DNA of 64,000 bases from Dipteris shenzhenensis (Eukaryota). Position 1 is the first letter of the stretch. Each line of letters begins with the position of its first letter. Below the pieces are notes generated by a model that saw only the letters and a program-made list of their open reading frames with translations, did no database searches and had not been told where the DNA came from. A program made the position numbers and the translations under genes. The DNA is taken from NCBI GenBank assembly GCA_047967505.1, contig CM106538.1. One strand, 5' to 3'. Positions 23,588-35,038 of the stretch are shown here, piece by piece.

Positions 23588-26089
23588 CAAGAACTATGCC
23601 GACCAGAAAGGCGACATGCTACGTTTGAGGAAGGTGAGGTGGTTTACTTGAAGATGTACCTTTCCCTCAGAGATCACAAATCGCTCACTAGGCATTTTGA
23701 CAGACCGTTTTGCATCAAGAGGAAGCATGGGGACCTTGCATATGAGTTGGACCTTCAGCGCATCTGCCGGTTGACCCTATGTTTCACATCTCCATGCTGA
23801 AGGCATCTCTGCAAGACGCGGATCTGGAAAGACAGGTTGTCGTTCGTGTTGCAATACTAGTAGCAGACAAGAAACCTGATTTCGAGCTAGAGAGCATTTT
23901 GAAACACAAGGATTGGTGGAATCAACATGGCCCCAATCGTGTGTACCTTTGCAAATGGAAAGGCAAGCCAGTTTCAGAGAACTCTCACTTACATTATGGC
24001 GGCTTGATCAAAAGGGGGGGGGGGGGGGTGTAAGAAGTATGCCACATCCATTGTTGGCACGGGCCGCAAGCGCCACGCTTGGCGACTCACCCAATTTTGC
24101 TTGGCGACTCACCCAATTTTGGTTACCATCTATTGTATATGTTTCATAATGGCTTTGTACATATTGAGACTAATATATATTTGGTTCATCACGTTATGGC
24201 ACAGGGAGGAAAAGTTGCATCACATGCAACATATTTTTTCATAAATTACTATCTATTTTTAAAGAAATGAAGTACATAATAGAAAGCTCATACTTGATAG
24301 AGGCTTGTTGAAGAACGTTCGAACGCCTAGCGTGATGCGCGCCAATGGAACGGCTCGCATTGCGACATGACCATGGAAGCTCATGCTCTACCGAACCTGA
24401 GGCTTTGAGACATGGAATGATGAACATGACTTGGTGTAAGGCCAGCACTAGGTTATCCAAGTGCCCATGGGTAAAACGTAACCAAGGTTCAAGTGAAAAG
24501 GTGCATCCTTGAAGGGTGCATGCCTAGGCCAAAGGGGGAGGTTTCTGGATTGGGACGTCACTTCGATTCCAGCTCCTTGGATTCGATATCTCCAAGATGG
24601 AGAGGAAGAAGACACTTCTCCTGCACCAGCACCCTGGCACATCCATGCAACACACCTCCAGCAATGAAACATCGGCAGTCTGAAGCACATGAGGAGAACC
24701 CTACATGTTCCAGTCCAGGACAGACACAAGGCAAAATGCGCATGACGTACCCGAAGAGGAAAGTTTTCGACTCATGGTTCTCATCTCTATTTTTGCTTTA
24801 AAAAAGAGTGTGTGTTTTAGGCGTGCTTTATGTTTCGGGTAACTGTGTAAAGCGGCACTTCGCCGAACTTTCCTAATCGAGAACTAATGAAGGTTACACC
24901 CTTCCCTCCTATCATGGTGCACCTCTACATTCTCTCTCTAGCAGTTTGGGCATAAACATGATTGTTGGAAACATACTCTCTGTGATGCACCAAGGCGCCT
25001 TACCACTACCCCTATAATAGTCCCTCGCCGTGAGGCACCATGGTACCTCCTATCACCACGACTGGCTGTAAACAGTAAGGGCAAGCAAAAACCGCACCCA
25101 CGCCTAGACGTGATGCATTTTTACTTTCACACGTTTATGATTTCGTGAGTCTTGTTCTTGCAATTTGAATTCTTGTATGCATGTAAGACTTCATAGACAC
25201 CGAACATTAACATGAAACGCTGATCCAATTCGAGACACGATACGTGACACGATGCAATGCCGCACAATGTGTGGGGGCTAGGGAGGGGCTAGGATGTGGT
25301 ATGTGTTGGGGCTATTTGAAAAATGGCACGTGAGAATGAACGCGTGAGCTTCAAGGTGACATGGGAGATAAGGTGAGACGGTTACGTTTTAGAGAAAAGC
25401 GTGGAACCTTGTAACAGAGAGAGGGGGCAGGGGAGAGGGGGTTGGGTGGGGGGGGTTGTGGAGATGGGGGAAGGGGGGTGGAGGGGGGGTGGAGGGGGGG
25501 GTGGAGGAGCAAGAGGGTGGAGGGGTGGTGGAGGGGGGGGTGATTATTGGAACTTGAAAGAAAGTCAAAGGGAGGAGGAGATAATCACCTACAACACTCT
25601 CCCAATTCTTTGTCAATGTAATGGGATTGTTGAGGGCAAATGGACGGTGGGTGGATAGCTAGGTTATTGCTGCGAGAAGGGCTTAAAGCAAATCGATGAT
25701 TTTTGGCGCCACTGTCAAGGGAGAAAGTGACAAAATATGAAGAGGGGAGGGGAGAAGAGTGGAGATGAGGAGAGAGGGCACAACTAGAGAGCATACCACA
25801 AATGACTAACTGTACACTAGATTTAGTTGAAAAAATAGAATATATACAAACCCATTTAGGGTTAGGGTTAGGGGATCATTTCCTTTATAGCACTCTATAA
25901 GGTTAGTGCTATGCACATATGATCACATGATGGTGCTATGCACACATGATCACATGATGTTGAGCATGAACTCTCAACACCTTCCCTCAAGATCAACATC
26001 ATGAAGTAGGCCTTCCCTCAAGATGATGATTCTTGGGAATCAAAGAAGGATTGAGCATTACACTCCATCACACCCCTTTAATGGGAATG

Positions 26090-29000
26090 TCCTTCCTCTA
26101 CGTCAAACCAAGAGCTAGTCGGTGTTTCTCGAATAGCTCTTTACCGAGTGGTTTGGTAAAGATGTCTGCAACATTCTCTTTGCTATCACAATGCTGCAAT
26201 GTGATGTCACCAACACTCTTTCTCTGATGAAGTGCTCTCTGACATCAATGTGCTTTGTCCTGGAGTGATATACTGGATTCTTGGCCAATGCTTGTTTATC
26301 ACAGTATATTGTTGTTGGCTTTCACTCATCAAAGTAATCTGTTTTGGATAATAGTCTTCTGAGCCCTATAGCCTCACATGCACTTGTAGTGAGTGTTCTA
26401 TATTCTGCTTCAGTCGAAGACAAAGAAATAGTTGGCTGTTTGTTTGACAACCTGTTACAGTATCCATGCAACCATGGATGACTTCCTCTGTATTCTATCC
26501 CCAACTGTCTTGTACCTCTGATGTATCGCAAGACTCTTTTGGCCACATTCCAGTGAGACTGTTTTGGATTTGCCATAAACTATGTTAGTGAGCTTACTGC
26601 ATAACAAATAACTAGCCGAGTGATAGTCAGATATATAAGAGATCCGATGAGCTGCCTGTAGTACCTGTCATTGACTGTAGGCTTTTCTGAATCTTCAGTA
26701 AGTTTCAAACTCTATTCCATGGGAGTGGCTACAATCTTGCAATCTGCCATATGAAACTTCTTCAGGCGACTGTCAACATATTTGAGTTGACTCGTGAATG
26801 TGCTATCTGAATCTCTCTAAAACTCAATTCCAAGACAATAGTGCAGAAGTCTAAGATCTTTCATGTCGAACTCTGTAGATAAGTCTTGTTTCAATTTTCT
26901 GATGAAGCTATCTTTGTTTCTTGTCACAATCAGATCATCTACATACAAAAGTGCAATAGTAATGTCTTCCCCTTGAACTTTGTAGTAGAGAGTATGATCT
27001 GCATTCGGTCTCATGTATCCCAAATTAGCAAAATACTTGTCAATTCTACAGTACCAACTTCTGGGTGCTTGCTTTAAGCCATAGAGACTTTTCTTGAGAT
27101 GGCATTTACCTTATTCTCTTTTCCTGGTTCAACATAACCTACTAGTTGTTGCATATAGACTTCCTCATCTAGGTAACCATTGAGAAATGCATTCTTGACA
27201 TCGAGCTAGTACACATTCCATCTGCTGAGTGTCGCTAGTGATATCAAGAATCGTATAGAATCCATCTTTGCTACTAGAGCATAAGTCTCATCATAATCTT
27301 GACCATATTGCTGTGCAAATCCTTTTGCAACTATTCTGGCTTTGTATCTTTAAATACTTCCATCTCGATTGTACTTCACTTTGTATACCCATTTGTTTGC
27401 TATGGCCTTCCTTCCTAGTGGAAGGTCGCATAATTCCCAAGTATTATTCTTATACAAAGCATCCATTTCTTCATTCATAGCAATTTGCCATTCTGGCTTG
27501 TCTACTGCATCTTCGAAGTACACTGGCTCTTCTATAGCCATGATGGTAGTCATAAGAGCATAGTTGGTGGTTTCCACCTGAATTGCTTTGCCTTTCTGAG
27601 CATATGTCAATCTAGCTAGAGGTCTGCTTTCCCTAGTAGACCGTTTGAGCTACTGTGGCTTTGCTTGGGGTGTTGCTGGTAATTCTTACTCTTCTTCATC
27701 ACAACCTGTTCTGTAGATGACTATGAAGTTGATGCTTCTATCTCTTGTGTGGGTAAGGTTTTCCGTTTTGATTCCTCATCAAAGGTAACATCTCTGGAGA
27801 TAATGACCTTGCAGTTGATGGGATCATACAACTTCTATGCTTTGCTTTCTTCACTGTAGCCAACCATGATGCATTTGCATGACTTCGCATCCAATTTCCT
27901 GCGATTTCCTGCGATGATCATCATGTATGTGGGCATATGCTATGCAACCAAATATGCGGAGATGCCCAATGTGTGGCTTGTGTCCAATGAATGCTTCATA
28001 AGGAGTTATACCCTGTATCGGTTTGGTAGGAAGCCGATTAAGCAAATAGTTTGTAGTGGCTATTGCTTCTGCCCAATATTGATTCGGAAGATGCTTTTCA
28101 CTAAGCATTGCTCTAGCACTGTTTGCTAAAGTCCCATTCTTCCTTTTAGCTCTTGCATTCTGCTGAGGAGTATCTGCACATGTGAATTGTCTTCGAATGC
28201 CGTGACTTCTGCAAAAGTTCATGAATGCTGAAGACATGTATTCACCTCCTCTATCTGATCTCATGACTTTGATCTTTCTGCCTATCTAGTTTTCTACCAT
28301 GGCTTTGAATTCTTGAAATCTGAAAAACACTTTAGATTTCTCTTTCAGAAAGTAGACCCAACAATATCTGCTATAGTCGTCGATGAAAGTCAAGTAGTAA
28401 AGTAAACCATTGATGCTGTGGGTCTGGACATAACCCCATACATCTGTATGTATCAAATCAAGAATACCTCGTGCACGAGAGGTACTTCTGCCAAAGTTGG
28501 TTCACTTTTGCTTGCCAAAGCAACATGCTTCGCAAACTTTTCCAAGAAACTGTAGCTTTGGAATCCCAATTGCCATATTCTGATTCCTGAGATCTAACAA
28601 GTACTTGAAGTTGACATGACCATATCTCTTGTGCCATTTTGCAAATAGTGGCATCTGTTGCGATTGAGCTGACATGGCATGCTTATCTGGTACTGTAGCT
28701 AGCATTCTGTATAAGCGTCCTTCCTTGACACCTTTTGCTACTAGTTGACATCTTTTGGATTTATCTCTGATAGTGCATTCATTACCGTCAAAGATGACTT
28801 TGTAATTGTGTTCTGTCGTTTGACCTACTGACAAGAGGTTCTTGCTGAGCTTCGGAACATAGAGCACATCTTTCACCAATCCTTTCGTACCAGTGAAATT
28901 GTTCATAGGGATAACACCTCTCCCTTGAACTAGATTCGGTGTATTATTTGCTATGTAGATGACATTTTTCTGACCTTCTAATGGTTTCATCTCTGTGAAC

Positions 29001-30255
29001 CATTCCTAATGATTTGTCATCTAAGATGATGCACCGCTGTCTATATACCAAGGATCCTATTCCACTTGGTCGACTTGATAGCTATAATCCTCTATGGGAT
29101 TGAAATTAGTGTCTAGGTACACTGTATCAATCTGATGCATTTTCTCATTTGCAAGAAACATATTCCCATGTTCATTTGCAAAATGACTGTGACTAGAATG
29201 TCCACCACGATGATTTCCTCTGTCTCGGGAATTCCCTTGATTACTGTTGGATTGACCACCTTGGTTGTACTGCTTCTTGCGACAATCTCTTTCATAGTGT
29301 CCAGACTTGTGACAGTAATTACACTAGATGTTTGACACGTTGGTGGATGCATTCCCTCATCCTTGAAATCTTCCTCGGTTGGAATGATTTGCACTTTGCT
29401 GATTCTGATGTTGCTGAGGATGATGCTGATGCTGATTCTGATGCTGACTTTGATTTTGTTGCTGATGATGACCACTTTTCTGGTATGATCTACCTCTGCC
29501 TCTGCCTTTGCCTCTGCTTCTGTCTGAAGCTGTGAATGCATGATCATTAGAATGACCTTTACGTGCTTGAATTGCCTGAGTTCTGAGTTCTTCACTAAGT
29601 AGAATTGACTGAAGTTCTTCTAGTGTCAGAATTTACCGTTGGGGGTGGATGGCAATACTCTGGACTAGATTCTCGTATCCCTCTCCTAGTCCATTCAGAA
29701 TGACTTGAACCATTTCTGCGGGGTTCATACTCTCTCCTGCTGCTGCAAGTTGATTGTTATAGTCTTTTATCCAGAGTATTTAAGCATGACTGGTTTCCTG
29801 CTGTTGCGGAAACTCTGGTTGATCTGGTTTCTCAGTGTGAGAATCCTAGATGTGTTCTTTGACTCATAGAGAGCTGCGAACATAACCCATGCTTCTTTCG
29901 ATGTCTTGACTGTGTTGAGCTGTCCTAGCATGACATCTTACACATTCTGCTTGATCAGATGATAGGCATACTTGTCTTTCTTATCCCATTCTGCCTGAGC
30001 TTGGGCGATGGCAGGATCTACTATAGGTGCGAAATTTGTTTGTGTAGCTGTAGATCCCATTGTTGGTGCTATGACAACATATGGAGTAGAGCTACTAGTG
30101 GCTAGATCGTCCAATGGTCTAGGTGTAGACCCATCGACATACTCCCATTTGTCCTGAAGTACAAGAATGGTCTCCATTCAGTATTTCCATGTACCGTAAT
30201 TAGAGTTGTCTAACTTAGCAGATGCCTCTAGATTGAGGTTGCTAGTCATAGACAT
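26090..30255 (-). pseudogene. Copia gag-pol (gag, PR, INT, RT, RH), interrupted by stops and frameshifts
   Basis: Minus-strand ORFs with WEYVDGS, VLYVPKLSKNLLSV, WHKRYGHVN, RSDRGGEY, NNTWEL, LYVDDLI and SLSSTEAEY. Probable ATG at 30253-30255. Confidence 0.92.
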
Positions 30256-31146
30256 GGTGTAAGAAATGTACTCAAAAGTGTCATGAAAATCTATGTATTC
30301 ATGAATCAACTACAAATACACTAACTGTGTCAAGTGAAATCTCTGAACCGTCGGTGAAGATAGAACTACAATATATAAAATCTGATATGTATTACAAGGC
30401 TTGTGGTAATGATGCCGGGAATAGCCAAGAGGCTTTACAAGGCTGAAATGATGTGCACGATGCCATGAGATAGCCGAATAGGATTTACAATGGTGGCATG
30501 TGTGTGTGATTAAATGCTATCTGCCCACTGAAACAATCTGCAATGCCTCTGTACTCTCTGAAGTCTACTCACTGAATTGATGAATGTAAGGTTTCAGGTA
30601 ATGTAATGATGTGAAACCGTATGTGAGCGTATGGACTGACTCCGAGTAGGTACTAGTCGGGAATTTTGAGCATGGCTTAGATTGGCAACTTGGGGAAATT
30701 CAAAGAGTCCCCTCTATGGCGATCTAGTCTACTCTAATCTAGATCTATACCAACCGTCAATCGATGAAAGAACAGCAAATAATTCCTTTTCTTTTGTTCT
30801 TTTTAAGTGCTAGGTCAGATGCGTCGATGTAGAGGCGAATGTGCGTGAAGGAAGTGGTTTTGTGGATGAGGCTCAAATGTGAGTGTAACTTGCACCAAAA
30901 TATGCGCGTGATGTGACAACCGCATAGAGCACACAAAAATGAGCGACTTTCCTTTTTGGACCACCCTCAAATTCTTCCTAGATCAAGAGATACGGCTTGA
31001 TCTAGGTGGAGGGGCAAAAGGAGTGCAAATGGTGCTCAATGATGGGGTCACATGTAGTGATGATGTGGCACTGTGCCTAGCAAGAGGTGTGCCAGTGGAG
31101 CCCTGTGCTGAGGCGGCAGGAGTGGTCACATGTAGTGATTGTGAAG

Positions 31147-34100
31147 GGGGTAGTCAATAGAGCGAGCGAGAAAAAGCGAGCCGGCCCAATGAAGCGAGCG
31201 AGTTTTTTTACAATTCCTCCGATGAGAACAAATTTGAAACCAAACTTACTATAGCAAGATGTTGTCATAATAAGCATACCAATAATCAGACTTACAATCC
31301 ACCCTATCTTTCACTTAAAGAACATAAACTAATTATCAAACTCATAACATAGATGACTGTTGAAATACCACTTCACCTGCAAAATGCACTAGACCAAAAC
31401 TTTCCAAATGTGTCCATGGTTCACCACAACAATTATCAGTCTATGAACAAAATGGTGTTTTAAACCATATTCTAATCCCCCTGACATTCATCATCAAGAA
31501 AGTAGTTGCGCGCATGTGGTTTATCTAATTGGCACTCATCATATCTCTTGTCGGCGGTCATGAATCTTGCCATTTTTTCTGCATAGCATGGTAACAAACT
31601 ACAACAAAACATACATTTCAAAGGAAAGTAAGTCAAAGTGAAACAATGAAAATAATTTCCAATAAGAAGAACTTGCCATCCTTATGTGTTATACAAAAGA
31701 CAATTTGCTACCAACAAAAAGTAGAAAAAATCAATTGCTAGATCAAGGCCTTACAAACACTATCCAAAGCATCAAAATTTGTACTTTCTTGATTCAAAGG
31801 CACCTGTAAATGTTCACTATCTACCATATTATAAAGATGCTAAATAACACTTTCACAGTTCTCAATTTTAGCATTCAAAATATATAACAAAAAAACTCAG
31901 GGCCAGTAGCATACTACTCATCAAAGGGGTTTGTGACAGGTTCCACTCTCTCTTCTTCCCCCTCTCCATCATGCTCTGACCTAATCCATTTTCCAGAATG
32001 ATCTGCCACAAGTGGCTCAACAATGCTAGCCACAATACCGTTGTCTGAATAAAATGAAAAACAAGGCCTGCCAATGGCCTGACAAGCACGCATAAGAGGG
32101 GTTGTACCATAACCCATCTCTAGAACCAGCCCTGCAGGAACACAGAGAAGAGACATAATGCAACCTACAAAAAAACTACTCCTCTCTAGTCCACCTCATG
32201 CTAGCTGAGAAGACATTGGCACGATTGTCCTTGCAGAGGGAGGTATGTGATGAGTCCAGACATCTTCACGTGGATCAATCAAAAGTTGTTGGAAAAGTGA
32301 AAAGCTCTCCTCCCAAAAAACTGTTGGATTCTTCTTTGCTCTGCGTATTAGAGCTAATACTGAAGATTGCATCTGGAAACCACATGGAAAAAAACATGTA
32401 TAGTATATTGACTTCAACTAGCAAGCATTATAGCATGAAAGATGGCAAACATAGCATGCATAGGACTTATCCTTCCAAACATAGCATGCATAGGACTAAT
32501 GAGGAGACAGTTGTCAAAGACACATTTATCATGGAATGCAAACATAGAATGCATGGAATGGTAGCTTACCTTAACACTTTTATCATGTTCTCTACAAAAT
32601 CCATGTGGAAACTTGTCATGAAAGATCACACGTCTGATAACCTCCAAGCCCTGGACATATGCAAACCGTTCCATCCAACCAATAAATTGTCCTGCAAGCA
32701 ATTAATTTTATTTAAAACTAGTAGAATGGAAACACAAAATGTGAAATGTCAATTGTGGTATTGTGCCTTACCTGCCAAAGGACATATGCATGCCAACCAA
32801 CCACTATCAGACAAAGAAGCTGATGCAACTGCAAGCCCATGCGGCACATGGTCCTCGAGCAAGACATTCCAAGTAGGAGTGGATCCTCTCTCATCAAGTG
32901 GATAGCCAGATGGAAAATCAAGCAATATAAAATCTGAAGCCCACTTCACCTTCTTACCCATCCTCTTGTAGTCCTGATCTCGACTAGCCACTGTAATAAA
33001 AAACTCATGCAAAATAGCATACTTATTATTTCTTTTAGAGTCAGCAAAGTCTTTGCCCATTGCAATGTAATCTCCAACTGTACAAGCAAACAAAGGTGTG
33101 ATGCCACGGGCCAAGGAAATGTCAGGTGACTGTGATCGGTGGAACATGTATTGCTTCACAAGTCTCAAGATTGATTCTCCACCTATATGCAAAAGCAAAT
33201 CAATTACAAGTAAAACTTGAGAAAATCAAACATCGCTAAGAGGGGCGTTCCTAAAATCAAACGACTAAGAAAATGAACGATAATCCAAGTCCAAACGACA
33301 TTAACAACAACAGAAAGGGGCATCCCTAAAAGGGGAAAACAACAGTAGCACATAATAAAGCATGTATGTCAAGTCTCTGTTTAGTAGAGCGTGGCGGGAA
33401 TCCTTCTCATTTGCCTTTGCGAAGCATCAAAAATCATCCGACATTTCACTCCTCCATTCCATTTCACGCTTTCGAGCCTCGAGCGCCTTCACTCCTCCAA
33501 GCAGACGATCAACTTGGATGATAGGGTTTAAGATCTCCCTAACAAGACACAACTTCTCTCTTGTCTCTACCTCACTAGCTTAGATCCGATTTGCGTTAAG
33601 CATGGAGAGTGCCAAAGAATGCACAACCGCAACCACTTCAATGGCCAACACAGTCCTTGTCTAGGCTTATAGCACCGGGAGGAATTTATACCAAGGATGA
33701 GAGCAAGCAGCTGAGAAGGCACAAGCACGTAGGTCACATATGCAAGAGAAGTCGACACTCTGATTTGACAATGCACAGCCAGCATGCTCATGAGATAAGA
33801 TAGCGCAAGAAATGCTAGAGAGCAGTAAATCGCTTTCAAGAAATATAAACTGCACAAAATGAACACGCTGGAGAGCCTCCCAATAAGAGCAACATAAAGA
33901 CGACCAAAGCAAACCTCTATAATTGTGTAACAAGAAGACACAGCAAGCTAGAGGAGAGGATGCCAAACTTGATGAAGGGTAGAGGAGAACTAGCTACTGA
34001 GCGATCGAGGCTGAGCTTTTGAGCAAGGATTCATGCAAGGAATGAAGATGTCAGATTCTTCAATTTCTTCAATATCAATCTGTCTCTAGATTCATCTCGG

Positions 34101-35038
34101 CTCTTCTTCCCCTCCTTTGCGACAACCCTGGATCTACAACAAGTTGAGCAAGATCCAGTCTTGGATCTGCCATGCCCTCCATGATGCCCATGATGCCCTC
34201 CGTGATGCCCATGGATCAAAAACCAGCAGTCAAAAAACAGAAGGGGCAGAGGGACACGTGGTGGAAAGAGAGGAGAAGAAGAGAAGAAAAATTATGAATC
34301 TTAAAGAGAGGAGAAGAAGAGGAGAAGAGCATTGACAAAAGTTGAATTATTTCAAGCTCTGGGTGGTAGAAGAAACCCATCAAGTATGTAGTGTATGGCT
34401 TGGATGCCCTTTTTTTGCATTTCCTTCAGAATCGGATAATATATGTAGGTGTGCTTCCTTGCATGAAGCTGCACTAAGTTGTATTTTTTGAAGGTGGAAG
34501 AAACCCATCAAGCATTTAGTAGGCAGCCTAGATGTCCCTTTTTTATATTTCCTTTGAAAGCGGATGATATACATAGGTGTGCTTCCATGTTTTGGCAATG
34601 CACGAAAAAACATTTTGTACAATCATTCCAAGGGTTGGAAGATATTTTGAAGCATCAAATTTTTATATTAATTTTTTTTTGTATGACATATGCTTTTTGT
34701 GCTATGGAGTTAATAACTTTTAGAAAAAAGGTGTCTTCTTCTGATGAGAACATGAAGAGCAGTTAATGTAATATGTTACTATTCTCATTATTGAAAGCAT
34801 TCAATGTTTTATTTTATCATTACTTTTTCACAGCAAAGGAAACATGATTTGAACATGTACTTCTGGAAACATGCTAGCCAAGATGCAAGCGAGTGAGGAG
34901 CATAAATTGTGGTAATTGGCTGTCCTGGATGAATATGATGTGGTTGTTACTAAACAGATAACACCTTGCATTGTTGTTTGTCCACGCTCGCTTATTTGGC
35001 CTCGCTCGCTTTTCTTCGCTCGCTTTTTGGTAATCCTC
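31147..35038. mobile_element. Non-autonomous Mutator-like DNA transposon (MULE) carrying a cargo gene
   Basis: 9-bp direct repeat ATTGTGAAG at 31138-31146 and 35039-35047. Imperfect ~55-bp terminal inverted repeats at 31147-31200 (ggggtagtcaatagagcgagcgagaaaaagcgagc..aagcgagcg) and 34985-35038 (reverse complement gaggattaccaaaaagcgagcgaagaaaagcgagc..aagcgagcg). No transposase ORF seen. Confidence 0.82.
31472..33182 (-). pseudogene. Intron-containing gene for a beta-class (N6A/N4C) DNA amino-methyltransferase-like protein; one in-frame TGA, 5' exons unresolved
   Basis: Exons 33182-32772, 32691-32570, 32372-31915 and 31598-31472 join through GT-AG introns without changing frame. The translation contains SDFILLDFPSG..PTWN..ASASLSDSGWL (DPPY-like motif IV region) followed by GGLERS..IMSLLCVPAGLVLEMGYGTTPLMRACQAIGRPCFSFYSD (motif I/SAM-binding region). 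Confidence 0.65.

Larger units (their letters stand above)
19950..24900 (+). mobile_element. 5'-truncated chromovirus-type Ty3/Gypsy element (RT-RH-INT-chromodomain, PPT, 3' LTR from 24029; LTR end approximate)
   Basis: LFVKKKEG..CVDYRALSKITIKNRYPLP, VVYLDDILI, QILEDY..HYV, TFEEGEVVYLK, and chromodomain-like FELESILKHK...YLCKWKG. The PPT aaaa(g)n at ~24010-24028 is followed by TGTAAG. Confidence 0.85.

Noticed and set aside
25390-25545. G-rich tract with Gly/Pro-rich ORFs
   Set aside because: Low-complexity purine tract. G4 potential is possible, but there is no specific evidence of function.
32198-32905. 235-aa plus-strand ORF inside the MULE
   Set aside because: It is antisense to the spliced MTase-like gene, runs across its introns, and has no transposase or other motifs.
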